Of a stretch of 64,000 bases of DNA, positions 38,465 to 47,875 are shown in pieces. The DNA is from Halegenticoccus tardaugens. Lineage in GTDB: Archaea; Halobacteriota; Halobacteria; Halobacteriales; Haloferacaceae. A model generated the notes under the pieces. That model worked only from the letters and a program-made list of their open reading frames with translations. It ran no database searches and had not been told where the DNA came from. A program made the translations under genes and the position numbers. The number at the start of each line of letters is the position of its first letter. Position 1 is the first letter of the stretch. Location: the NCBI RefSeq assembly GCF_004116405.1, contig NZ_SDIC01000004.1:166079-230078 (forward strand), given 5' to 3'.

Positions 38465-39031
38465 TCACGCCAGCGCGGCGATCGCCTCGATCCCGGCGAG
38501 CGTCACGACCAATCGACCGACGCTGCCGAAGAACGTCGCCAGCGCGAACTTGACGTAGTCCTCCTCCAGGATCGCGAAGGCGTAGATGGAGATCGTGTCG
38601 GGGAACGCCGGCACGCACAGCGCGAGTCCGAGCCCGGCGTAGCCGTACTTCTGGGCGAGCCCCACCGTCTTCTTCTCCGACCACGCGATGACGTCGACCG
38701 GCAGCCGCTTGAGCGCCCGGATGATCGGTCCGGCCCGCTTCGCCTCCTGTCCGAGGTGGAACGCGAAGAGGCTCCCCGCGGCCTTCCCGACGCCGCTGAC
38801 GAGGATGATGAGCGAAAGCGTCCCCCACTTTCCGAGGCCGAGGTTCAGCGGCGCGGCGAGGACGATCTCGCTCACGCCCGGGAGCGCGAAGGCGATGAGA
38901 AACGAGTAGACGAAGATGATGACGAGCCCGACCGGCCCCGTCGCGTGCTCGACGGCACTTTCGAGCCACCCGAGGCCGAAGACGCCGTCGACGACGAGGA
39001 GCAGGGACGGTGCGAACGACACTGTCCACAA
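38465..39031 (-). CDS. VTT/DedA-like (SNARE-associated domain) membrane protein
   Basis: Polytopic, 188 aa; pattern FVYSFLIAFALPGVSEIVL. Confidence 0.55.
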   Translation of the reverse strand: MWTVSFAPSLLLVVDGVFGLGWLESAVEHATGPVGLVIIFVYSFLIAFALPGVSEIVLAAPLNLGLGKWGTLSLIILVSGVGKAAGSLFAFHLGQEAKRAGPIIRALKRLPVDVIAWSEKKTVGLAQKYGYAGLGLALCVPAFPDTISIYAFAILEEDYVKFALATFFGSVGRLVVTLAGIEAIAALA

Positions 39032-39156
39032 CTCTCCGCCCGGCTAACGTAAGCGTTGATGTTCGCCACCGGTCGGGTTTCGAGAACGTCGCGTCGACCG
39101 TCGATCGGAGGAGCATCGCGGAGACGCGACGCCGGCGCGTCGAGGTCCGCGGGCTC

Positions 39157-40233
39157 CTACGCCGGCGCGTCGAGATCCGCGAGGAACGCCGACAGCGTCT
39201 CGCGGGTGACGTGCGGCATGCAGACGACCCGCAGGTCGCCGCCAGCGGTGCGGGAGATCCGCCACCCGGCCTCGCGGAGCGAGCCGAAGAGGTCCTCGGG
39301 GAGCCGCGCCGCGACGAGCGGCAGTTCCGGCGACGCGGCGTCGAACCCGCGCGCTTCGAACGCCCGCGCGAGCCACCGGGCGTCGGCCATCGAAGACTCG
39401 AACTCCCGACGGTAGCCGTCGGGCCACAGCGCCTCCATCGCCGCCGCGGCGCTCGCGACGCCCGCGCCGCTTCTCGTCCCGGTGAGCGTCGCCTGCGACG
39501 TCGTCTCCAGGTACGGCGTGTCGACCGCCAGCGCGTCCATCGTCTCGCGCTCCCGGGCGAGAAACCCCCCCGCCGGAACCGCGGCCCGGCCGAGCTTGTG
39601 GGGGTCGATCGTCATCGTGTCGACGTCGGCGTGGTCGAAGTTCCACGCGAAGTCGGTGAAGGGGAGGGCGAACCCGCCCCACGCGGCGTCGACGTGCACG
39701 AGCGCGCCGACCTCGCGCGCCGCCTCGGCCAGCGCCGGGATCGGATCGACGCGGCCGTACTCGGTCGTCCCGGCGACGCCGACGACGAGCGCGGTGTCGC
39801 CGTCCGCGGCCGCCCGCACCGCGTCCGCGTCGGCGCGGTGCTCGTCGTCCACGGGCACCGTCCGGAGTTCGACGCCGAGCACGTCGGCCGCCTTGTGAAC
39901 GCTGAAGTGGACGCTCTCGGGCGCGACGACGTTGTACGTCCGCGAGAGGTCCGCGCCGTCGCGGTCGCGCGCCCGGTTCCGGGCCGCGCGGACGGCCTGT
40001 ACGTTCGCCTCGGTGCCGCCGCTCGTGACGTAGCCGTGCGGGTCCGACAGCCCCGCGACCTCGCCGAGGAGGGAGACGGCGCGGTCTTCCAGTTCCGCGA
40101 CCCGCCGGTAGGTCGCCGGATCGCCGGGGTTCGTCGCGAGAAATCGCTCCGCCGCGTCGCGCGCCGCGGGGTGCGGTTCCGTGCACATAGAAGAGAGGAC
40201 GCGGCGGAAATCCTGCGGCGCGGGACGCTGCAT
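39157..40233 (-). CDS. mfnA: PLP-dependent L-tyrosine/L-aspartate decarboxylase (MfnA-type)
   Basis: SMCTEPH N-terminal signature, HVDAAWGG and the PLP-lysine region TIDPHKLG. Confidence 0.85.
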   Translation of the reverse strand: MQRPAPQDFRRVLSSMCTEPHPAARDAAERFLATNPGDPATYRRVAELEDRAVSLLGEVAGLSDPHGYVTSGGTEANVQAVRAARNRARDRDGADLSRTYNVVAPESVHFSVHKAADVLGVELRTVPVDDEHRADADAVRAAADGDTALVVGVAGTTEYGRVDPIPALAEAAREVGALVHVDAAWGGFALPFTDFAWNFDHADVDTMTIDPHKLGRAAVPAGGFLARERETMDALAVDTPYLETTSQATLTGTRSGAGVASAAAAMEALWPDGYRREFESSMADARWLARAFEARGFDAASPELPLVAARLPEDLFGSLREAGWRISRTAGGDLRVVCMPHVTRETLSAFLADLDAPA

Positions 40234-40323
40234 GTCACCCGCGTAGACGACCCGATCGCTTATCCGTTCCGTTCCCCGGCGGGCGGTCGCCTCGCGGCGT
40301 CGGGGCGGAACGCGGGATCGGTC

Positions 40324-42660
40324 TCAGCGGACCGAGTCGAGCAGCAGCCGCTGTTCCACCCGTTTTACCTCGTGTTGGACGTCGCGGACGGCGTCGATGT
40401 TCGCGCTGATCGAGCTGACGCCGCGGTCGACGAGGAACTGCGCCATCTTCGGCTTCGAGCCGGCCTGTCCGCAGATGCTCGTCTTCACGCCGCGTTCGCG
40501 GCAGGCGTCGATCGTCGAGCCGATCAGTTCGAGCACCGCGGGGTGGAGTTCGTCGAACCGGTCCGCGACGTTCTCGTTGTTTCGATCGACCGCAAGGGTG
40601 TACTGCGTGAGGTCGTTCGTCCCGAAGGAGGCGAAGGAGATGCCGGACTCCGCGAGCTCCTCGATGCAGAGCGCGCTCGCGGGGGTCTCGATCATCACGC
40701 CCCAGTCGCGCTTTTCGAGGTCGATGCCCGCATCGCGCATGAGCCGCTTCGCGCGCAGGACGTCCGACGCGTCGTTGACGAGCGGCAGCATGATCTCGAC
40801 GTTGTCGTAGCCCATGTCGTACAGGCGGCGGAACGCCTCCAGCTCGTGTGCGAACACGTCGGGCGCGTCGAGGCTGCGGCGGATGCCGCGGTACCCGAGC
40901 ATCGGGTTGTGCTCCGTCGGCTCGTTCTCGCCGCCGTCGAGTTCGCGGAACTCGTCGGTCGGGGCGTCGAGCGTCCGGACGCGGACGGGACGGGGGTAGA
41001 ACTCCTCCGCGACGGTGCGGATCCCTTCGACGATCTCGTCGACGTAGGCGCGCTCGCCGTTGTCGGCGACGTACTGCTCAGGCGTCTTGCCGAGGGAAAG
41101 CACCATGTGCTCGATGCGGAGCAGGCCGACGCCGTCCGCGCCCGTCGCGGCCGCGCGCTCCGCGGCCTCCGGGATGGAGACGTTCACCTTCACCTCGGTC
41201 GCGGTCATCGGCTTGACCGGCGTCTTCGGGCGGACCTCCTCGACGGGTTCGCGCTCCTCCTTCCCGGTCGTCTCGTCGCCCTCGCGGATCGTCCCCTTGT
41301 CGCCGTCGAGCGTGACGACCTGCCCGTCCTGAAGCTCCCGGGTGGCGCTCCCGGTGCCGACGACCGCGGGGACGCCGAGTTCCCGGGAGACGATGGCGGC
41401 GTGGCTGGTCATGCCGCCCTCGTCCGTGATGATGCCGGCCGCGCGGCGCATCGCCGGCACCATGTCGGGCATCGTCATCTCGGTGACGATGACGTCGCCC
41501 TCCTGCACCTTGTCGAGCTGGTCGAGCTTCGTGACGACCCGAACCGCCCCCGAGACGATGCCGGGGCTCGCTCCGAGCCCGCGCAGGAGCACGTCGTCGC
41601 CGGAGGGGGACTGGGCCATCTCCGTGCCGCCGTTCGTCGCGACCGCGCCCTCCGACGCGTCGTCGCTCGCGTCCTCGATCTCGCCCGCGTCGCTGATCGT
41701 CGTGATCGGCCGCGACTGGAGCATGAAGATCTCCCCACCGGCGATGGCCCACTCGACGTCCTGCGGGTCGCCGTAGTGCGCCTCGACGCGCTCGCCGAGT
41801 TCGACGAGCCGCTCGATCTCGTCGGCCGAGAGCACCCGCGCCTCGCGTTGTTCCGCCGGCACGTCGCGCTCCACCGTCTCGCCCGTCTCGGCGTCTTTGA
41901 CGTGCATCACCTTCTTGTCGGCGACGGTGACCTCCTGCGCGGTCGCGGTCTCGCGGTCGACGACGTAGTTGTCCGGGGAGACCGCGCCGGAGACCACGGC
42001 CTCGCCGAGCCCCCACGCGGCCTCGATGATGATCCGCGGCTCGCCCGTCGACGGGTGGCTCGTGAACATCACGCCGCTCTTTTCCGCGTCGACCATCCGC
42101 TGGACGACCACGGCGATGTCGACCTCGTCGTGCGAGAAGCCCTGTCGGTTCCGGTAGTAGATGGCCCGCTGGGAGAAGAGCGAGGCCCAGCACTCCTTGA
42201 CCCGACGGAGGAGATCCTTCTCGGTCACGTTGAGGAACGTCTCCTGCTGGCCCGCGAAGGAGGCGTCGGGCAGGTCCTCGGCGGTCGCGGAGGAGCGCAC
42301 CGCGACGAACGCCCCGCCGTCGGCCGCCGAATCCGAGTCGGGGTCCCCGTCGACGGAGCGGTACGCCTCGACGACCTCGTCGCGAACGTCCTCGGGCATC
42401 TCCGTTCCGAGGATGAGTTCGTGCGCGCGCTCGTGCGCCGCCGCGAGCGCGGCCGAGTCCTCCGAGTCGATGTCCACCGCCTCGAAGAGTTCGTCGTCGA
42501 TACCGGACTCCTCGATGAACGCGCGGTACGTCCCGGCCGTCACGACGAATCCCGGCGGCACCGGGAGTCCCGCCGCCGTGAGTTCGCCGAGCGAGGCCGC
42601 TTTGCCGCCGACCGTCTCGAGGTCCGCGGCTCGAATGTCATCCAGCCATAATACAGCCAT
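40324..42660 (-). CDS. ppsA: phosphoenolpyruvate synthase
   Basis: 778 aa. ATP-grasp N-terminus, phospho-His domain GGMTSHAAIVSRELG, and a PEP-utilising TIM barrel. Confidence 0.95.
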   Translation of the reverse strand: MAVLWLDDIRAADLETVGGKAASLGELTAAGLPVPPGFVVTAGTYRAFIEESGIDDELFEAVDIDSEDSAALAAAHERAHELILGTEMPEDVRDEVVEAYRSVDGDPDSDSAADGGAFVAVRSSATAEDLPDASFAGQQETFLNVTEKDLLRRVKECWASLFSQRAIYYRNRQGFSHDEVDIAVVVQRMVDAEKSGVMFTSHPSTGEPRIIIEAAWGLGEAVVSGAVSPDNYVVDRETATAQEVTVADKKVMHVKDAETGETVERDVPAEQREARVLSADEIERLVELGERVEAHYGDPQDVEWAIAGGEIFMLQSRPITTISDAGEIEDASDDASEGAVATNGGTEMAQSPSGDDVLLRGLGASPGIVSGAVRVVTKLDQLDKVQEGDVIVTEMTMPDMVPAMRRAAGIITDEGGMTSHAAIVSRELGVPAVVGTGSATRELQDGQVVTLDGDKGTIREGDETTGKEEREPVEEVRPKTPVKPMTATEVKVNVSIPEAAERAAATGADGVGLLRIEHMVLSLGKTPEQYVADNGERAYVDEIVEGIRTVAEEFYPRPVRVRTLDAPTDEFRELDGGENEPTEHNPMLGYRGIRRSLDAPDVFAHELEAFRRLYDMGYDNVEIMLPLVNDASDVLRAKRLMRDAGIDLEKRDWGVMIETPASALCIEELAESGISFASFGTNDLTQYTLAVDRNNENVADRFDELHPAVLELIGSTIDACRERGVKTSICGQAGSKPKMAQFLVDRGVSSISANIDAVRDVQHEVKRVEQRLLLDSVR

Positions 42661-42774
42661 TGCGCATTCGGAGAGTCGACAAACGCGCTAAAGAAGCTTC
42701 CGACCGGCACGAGGATGAAAAATACTGACTCGAATTCGAGTAGTGTCTGTCTCACCTGTCACCGTTTCGACCGT

Positions 42775-43737
42775 TTACGGAACCTCGATGATCTCGTCGT
42801 CGCCGTCGGTCGGGACGGCGATCGACCCGTCGAGCGCCGTCGCCGCGCGGCCGCCGACCCGCACCGTCTCGCCGACGCGAACCCGAACGACGCTCGGACG
42901 GTCGACGAAGTGTCCTTGTTCGAACCGAAGCTCCTCGGGCATTCCCGTCGTCGCTCGACGCCCCGCGTCCGGTCCCCCGGGACCGCGCGCCGTCCCTCCC
43001 TCGTCCTCGAACGCGCCGACGTGTCGCAGGTACGCGCCGCACGCGCCGCTCGCCGTGCCCGTGGCGGGATCCTCGGGGACGCCGACGCCCGGCGCGAACG
43101 TCCGGGCGTGGAGCGTCGAGTCGGCGGAGAGCGCGTCGAAGGTGAACGCGTAGACGCCCGCCGCGTCGTGGTCGGCGGCCAGTCCGGCGACGGCGTCCAG
43201 ATCGGGGTCCGCCGCGCCGAGGTGCTCGAGGAAGGTCACGGGGACGACGAGGAAGGGTAGCCCGGTCGAGGCCACCGCGGGCGGGAGCTCCGCGGCCGCG
43301 TCGGCGAGCGCGGTTCGGTCGACGCCGAGCGCCTCGGCCGTCCGGGCGAGGTCGAGGTCGACCTCGGTCACCGTCGGCTGCGCCTGCGTCATCCAGACGA
43401 CGCCCTCCGTCGTCACCTCGACCGCGAGGTCGCCGACGGCGGTTTCAAGGGTGTGCGCCCCCGCCTCGATCCGCCCGTCGGCGCGGAGGTGCGCGTGGGC
43501 GGCGACCGTGGCGTGGCCGCAGAGGTCGACCTCTTGCGTCGGCGTGAAGTACCGGATGCGGCGGTCGGCGGAGTGCGACGGGAGCAGGAACGCGGTCTCG
43601 CTCGCGCCCAGTTCCCGGGCGATCGCCCCCATCTGGGACTCCGTGAGGCCGTCCGCATCCGGGACGACTCCGGCGGCGTTCCCGGCGAGCGGGTCGGCGG
43701 TGAACGCGTCGACGAGCAACGCGCGACGTGTCTCCAT
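42775..43737 (-). CDS. PhzF family phenazine biosynthesis-like isomerase
   Basis: FTADPLAGNAAGVV...ETAFLL; DAP-epimerase-like fold signatures. Confidence 0.8.
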   Translation of the reverse strand: METRRALLVDAFTADPLAGNAAGVVPDADGLTESQMGAIARELGASETAFLLPSHSADRRIRYFTPTQEVDLCGHATVAAHAHLRADGRIEAGAHTLETAVGDLAVEVTTEGVVWMTQAQPTVTEVDLDLARTAEALGVDRTALADAAAELPPAVASTGLPFLVVPVTFLEHLGAADPDLDAVAGLAADHDAAGVYAFTFDALSADSTLHARTFAPGVGVPEDPATGTASGACGAYLRHVGAFEDEGGTARGPGGPDAGRRATTGMPEELRFEQGHFVDRPSVVRVRVGETVRVGGRAATALDGSIAVPTDGDDEIIEVP

Positions 43738-43904
43738 GGATCGGCGGTCGCGGCGAGCGCCTATCAAACTATGCGAACGCCCGACGCCGGAACGCGAGGT
43801 GCGGCGAATCGAGACTCCGTCGACGTTACGCTTCTTCTCCCGTCACTTCATCGCTCGACGTACGTCTATAATTATCACACCTCGCCACCGTTCTATTTTT
43901 ATGA

Positions 43905-43922
43905 TTTTATCTCTAGATAAAA
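43905..43922. promoter_or_regulatory. perfect 8-bp inverted repeat TTTTATCT-ct-AGATAAAA within an AT-rich promoter region
   Basis: The arms are exact reverse complements with a 2-nt spacer, about 40 bp upstream of the M23 peptidase ATG. A second IR, CTCAGtCTGAG, lies at 43945-43955. Confidence 0.5.
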
Positions 43923-43962
43923 TTTAAGCAGTGTAAGAAATAGTCTCAGTCTGAGGTATACG

Positions 43963-44700
43963 ATGAAACACAGCCTCAGCAGACGGACGTTCCTGGGCGC
44001 GACGGCTACGGCGATCGGCGGGACGGCGGCGCTGTCGGGTTCGGCGACGGCGCGGTCCGTCGGACTGCCCGTTTACTCGACGGACGACGTGAACGCCCGA
44101 ACCGGCGCGGGGACCGGTTACGGCGTCATCGCGACCGTCGAACAGTACACGGGCGGGTACGTGATCGACGGCCCGGTCGACAACGACGGCTATCGCTGGT
44201 GGAAGTTCCGCTGGAACGGCGACGGCGACAACGGCCGCTTCGAGGGCTGGTCGGTCGAGGATTACACGGCGGCCGCGAACATGGCTTACCCCGCGACGGG
44301 CATCGTAACGTCCGTCTACGGCGAGGATCGCGGCAGCTACGTGCACAACGCCCTCGACATCGCCAACGACACCGGCACGCCGATCCTCGCGGCCCGCGAG
44401 GGAACCGTTTCCTACACCGGCTACGAGGCCGACGGCTGCGGGTACTACATCAAGGTCGATCACGAGAACGGCTACCAGACGCTGTACTGCCACCTCTCGG
44501 AGGTTCAGGCGTCCGACGGCCAGCGCGTCGGCCGCCACGAGCAGATCGGCGAGATGGGAAGCACCGGCAACTCGACCGGCCCCCACATCCACTTCGAGGT
44601 CGAGCAGAACGGGGTCGAACAGTACGTCCCCGGCGACTACGACGACGAGATCTACGCGAGAGCCGGCCTCGCGAAGAACTACGATCTCTCGGACTTCTGA
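43963..44700 (+). CDS. M23 family zinc metallopeptidase (LytM/lysostaphin-type), Tat-secreted
   Basis: Twin-arginine SRRTFLGATATAIGG. An N-terminal SH3b-like region. The M23 core has HNALDIA, GYYIKVDHENGYQTLYCHL and GSTGNSTGPHIHFEV (HxxxD and HxH zinc ligands). Confidence 0.8.
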   Translation: MKHSLSRRTFLGATATAIGGTAALSGSATARSVGLPVYSTDDVNARTGAGTGYGVIATVEQYTGGYVIDGPVDNDGYRWWKFRWNGDGDNGRFEGWSVEDYTAAANMAYPATGIVTSVYGEDRGSYVHNALDIANDTGTPILAAREGTVSYTGYEADGCGYYIKVDHENGYQTLYCHLSEVQASDGQRVGRHEQIGEMGSTGNSTGPHIHFEVEQNGVEQYVPGDYDDEIYARAGLAKNYDLSDF

Positions 44701-44823
44701 TCGTCCCGACGGTCCCCGCGTCTCGCGGCGGTCGACGGAGGACGGGACGTTCGTCGCCGTTCGGTCGTTCCCACCTTCGCGGTGATGACCGCTCAGTCGT
44801 CCCACCTTCGCGGCGGTCGCCGC

Positions 44824-46356
44824 TCAGTCGTCCGCCGGCGCGGTTTTCGGCTCCGCCGCCAACAAGCGGTCGAGCGCGTCGACCATCGCCTCGACGCTCG
44901 CGCGGGTGATGTCCGCGTCCGAGGAGGCGACCGTGACGGTCCGATCCCCGCGGGACATCTGGACCTCGACGGTGACGAGCGCGTCGGTCCCGCCGGTGAT
45001 GGCGTCGACGTGGTAGGAGTCGAGCTGCGCGTCCGCGCTCGGCCCGAGCGCCGCCCGGACGGCTTCGACCGCGGCGTCGACGGGGCCGCTGCCGGTGCCG
45101 CTCGCCACCCGCTCCTCGCCGTCGACGAGCAGCCGGACGCTCGCGGTCGGGGTGCCGCCGCCGCTGGCCGCCGTGAGGTCGATCAGCTCGACCCGGCGGT
45201 CGCGCTCGCGACCCTGCACGTCCTCGGCGATCGCGAGCAGGTCGGCGTCCGTGACGCGCTTGCCGCGGTCGCCGAGCGCCTTCACGCGCTCGACGACGGC
45301 GGCGAGGTCCTCGTCCGTCGCGGAGACCCCGTGCTCGTCGAGCGCCGCCCGAACCCCCGCCCGCCCGGCGTGCTTGCCGAGGACGAGACGGCGCTCCCGC
45401 CCGACGGTCTCCGGCGGGTACGGCTCGTACATCGCGTCGTCCTTGAGCGTCCCGTCGGTGTGGATGCCGCTCTCGTGGGTGAACGCGTTCTGCCCGACGA
45501 CGGCCTTGTTCGGCGGGAGGTCGACGCCCGTCGCGCGCGCGACGAGTTGACCGAGGTCGTGGAGCTCGTCCAGCTTCACGGTGTCGACCCCGTAGCAGTG
45601 GTGCAGCGCGACGGCGACCTCCTCCAGCGCGACGTTGCCGGCGCGCTCGCCGACGCCGTTCACCGTCGCGTGGACGAGATCGGCTCCGGCGGCGAGGCTG
45701 GCGTAGACGTTCGTCATCGCCAGCCCGAGGTCGTCGTGCGTGTGGGTGCTCGTCGGGCCGAGCGCCGCGAGCGTCGAGACGACCTCGTGGGTTCGCTCGG
45801 GTCCCGCGTGACCGACGGTGTCGGCGTAGCAGACGCGGTCCGCGCCGGCGTCGAACGCGGCGGCCATGAGCCGTTCGAGGAACCCCAGATCCGCGCGCGA
45901 GCCGTCCTCGCCGATGACCTCCACCCAGAGCCCGTGGTCGCGGGCGTACGCCACGAGTTCCGCGGTTTTTTCGATCACCTCGTCGCGGGTCGTGCCGACC
46001 TTGCGCTCGACGTGGCGGTCGCTCGCCGGCACGACGAGGTTCACGCCGTCCACGTCGCAGTCGAGCGCGAGGTCGACGTCGCCGCGCACGCCGCGGGTGA
46101 AACTGGTGACGGTCGCGTCGAGGTCGAGCGCCGTCACCCGCCGGATCGTCTCGCGCTCGCCGGAACCCGTGCAGGCGCTGCCGGCTTCGATCACGGAGAC
46201 GTTCGCGCGGTCCAGCCTGCGGGCGATCTCGGCCTTCTCGGCCGGCGACAGCGAGACGCCCGGCGCTTGCTCGCCGTCTCTGAGCGTCGTGTCGAGAAGC
46301 TGTACGTCGGTATCAGAAGCGAATGCGTCGGGGAGACCCCCGAATAGCTCGGTCAC
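44824..46356 (-). CDS. 2-isopropylmalate synthase / (R)-citramalate synthase family protein
   Basis: DTTLRDGEQ, HTHDDLGLA, and a C-terminal LeuA-dimerisation regulatory domain. Confidence 0.85.
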   Translation of the reverse strand: MTELFGGLPDAFASDTDVQLLDTTLRDGEQAPGVSLSPAEKAEIARRLDRANVSVIEAGSACTGSGERETIRRVTALDLDATVTSFTRGVRGDVDLALDCDVDGVNLVVPASDRHVERKVGTTRDEVIEKTAELVAYARDHGLWVEVIGEDGSRADLGFLERLMAAAFDAGADRVCYADTVGHAGPERTHEVVSTLAALGPTSTHTHDDLGLAMTNVYASLAAGADLVHATVNGVGERAGNVALEEVAVALHHCYGVDTVKLDELHDLGQLVARATGVDLPPNKAVVGQNAFTHESGIHTDGTLKDDAMYEPYPPETVGRERRLVLGKHAGRAGVRAALDEHGVSATDEDLAAVVERVKALGDRGKRVTDADLLAIAEDVQGRERDRRVELIDLTAASGGGTPTASVRLLVDGEERVASGTGSGPVDAAVEAVRAALGPSADAQLDSYHVDAITGGTDALVTVEVQMSRGDRTVTVASSDADITRASVEAMVDALDRLLAAEPKTAPADD

Positions 46357-46579
46357 GTCCTGATCGTGTTCCTGGTGTTCAGTTGTGCGGGAGAATTTCG
46401 CGGCCAGCCGAGTCGCCTCGGCTTACTCTATCCTCCGACGTCGGGGTGTGCTCCGACATGGTGATTCACCTCATGGCGGGTCGCCGGATAAAGGGGACGG
46501 TTCCGACAGAATTTGGCGTCCGATCGAGCGACGGCGTTTGGCGTCCGACCGATCGACGGAGTTTGACGTCGGATCGAAA

Positions 46580-46927
46580 TCACTCCCGCAGCTCCACCAC
46601 GTCCCCTTCGCGGACGCCGTCGGCCGCGCCGGCCGGCAGTTCGACGATCGCGTCCGCGGTCCCCCACGCGAGGTCGGCCCACGCGCGGAGCCGACGCTTG
46701 CGCGTGACCTCCCCCTCGACGAGCCAGAGGGCGTCGATGGGAAACGGGACGAACGCCATGTGGAGGCTCCGCGTCGCGGGCGCGTCGAAGCGGAAGACGA
46801 GCGCGCGGTCGTCGGCGAGCGAGCGGCGGAACATCAGCCCCCGCGCCTTCGCGAGGAGCGAGTCGGCCGTCTCCACCCGAGACGCGAGGACGCGCTCGGT
46901 TCCGTCGTGTCGGTGTACGAGACGCAC
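46580..46927 (-). CDS. DUF192 domain protein
   Basis: KARGLMFRRSL...ALVFRFD...HMAFVPFPIDALWL is the DUF192 signature. The start was placed at GTG 46927, which lies 22 nt downstream of a TTTTTTAT TATA-like element, suggesting a leaderless transcript. Confidence 0.5.
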   Translation of the reverse strand: MRLVHRHDGTERVLASRVETADSLLAKARGLMFRRSLADDRALVFRFDAPATRSLHMAFVPFPIDALWLVEGEVTRKRRLRAWADLAWGTADAIVELPAGAADGVREGDVVELRE

Positions 46928-46974
46928 GGCGACCTGTCGACGCGGGAGGATAAAAAACGTGAGCCGATCGACGC

Positions 46975-46999
46975 GAGGGTTCAAATCCCGCCTCGGCCA
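46975..46999 (+). other. tRNA 3'-end-like fragment (T-arm GAGGG-TTCAAAT-CCCGC plus 3' acceptor strand CTCGGCC and discriminator A); no 5' half found
   Basis: GGTTCAAATCC T-loop consensus. One mismatch in the T-stem, and no complementary 5' acceptor strand or D-arm within 150 bp upstream. Confidence 0.35.
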
Positions 47000-47009
47000 A
47001 GGGGTGGGC

Positions 47010-47576
47010 ATGGAGAAGACGCCCACCGGCACGCCGGTCGGCGTGGACGACCCCGACGAGTTCGCGGGGCGCTGCGACCACCTCACCGGCGACGGCCGCT
47101 GCCGGTACGCGCTCCGGCACGCCGGCCACGACCCCGCCTTCGCGGCCGAACGCGCCGAGGACGACTACGACTGCGTCGCCGCGGACGAAAACTGCGACTG
47201 GCGCGACTGCCCACACTACCGATCGACGACGGACGGCCGCGAGTGCGTCCGCTGCGGCCTCGAAGAGGTCCGGATGGCCCACGAGCGCGCCCGCCCCCTG
47301 CTGGAGGAACACCACATCTCCTACGCGAGCGGCGACGGCGCGAGCCACGAGATCACCGTCTCGCTCTGTCGGTGGTGTCACGCCAAGATCCACAACTCCT
47401 TCGCGCGACTCGACGACGACGCCAGCCCCGACCCCGAGGCGGTCGCGGCGCGCGAGGAACGCCGGGGCAAGGAGATGGCAGAGTTCGGCTTCGCGTCCGC
47501 CGCGGAACGGTACGGCGACGGCAGACGCGAGGGACGGGACGACGAGCGCGATGGGCGGGGCGACGAACGGGAGTAA
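47010..47576 (+). CDS. cysteine-rich protein with HNH nuclease-like motif
   Basis: N-terminal Cys cluster (CDHLTGDGRC...DCVAADENCDWRDCPHY...CVRCG). The C-terminal EHHISYASGDGASHEITVSLCRWCHAKIHN fits HNH (HH...N/H...C..CH..IH). Confidence 0.45.
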   Translation: MEKTPTGTPVGVDDPDEFAGRCDHLTGDGRCRYALRHAGHDPAFAAERAEDDYDCVAADENCDWRDCPHYRSTTDGRECVRCGLEEVRMAHERARPLLEEHHISYASGDGASHEITVSLCRWCHAKIHNSFARLDDDASPDPEAVAAREERRGKEMAEFGFASAAERYGDGRREGRDDERDGRGDERE

Positions 47577-47875
47577 CGGCGAGGTCGGCGATCCCGACCG
47601 CACTCTTATTGCGACGCGCTCCCATCCCCCTCTATGGCTTCGCTGATCCGCCGACTCGTCCGACTCGTGCGCGTCCTCGACGACGTTCGCAGCGTCGTCC
47701 GAGCGCTCAAACTGCTCCGTAAGCTCGTTCGCGGACTCAAGGGTGCGCGACCGACCGCCTGACGAGGTGCACCGCGACGTCGGCCGTCGAACCCCCTGAC
47801 GGGTGACAATGCACGAACGCGCATACACTCGCCCGAGTTCGATTTCCTTTTGAGCCCGGGCGTGCAACGGTCGGC

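Noticed and set aside
47634-47762. 42-codon ORF encoding a Leu/Arg/Val heptad-like peptide (MASLIRRLVRLVRVLDDVRSV...)
   Set aside because: Too short, with no support beyond an ATG. It lies in the 300-bp gap before guaAA. It could be a real micro-protein, but this cannot be judged from sequence alone.
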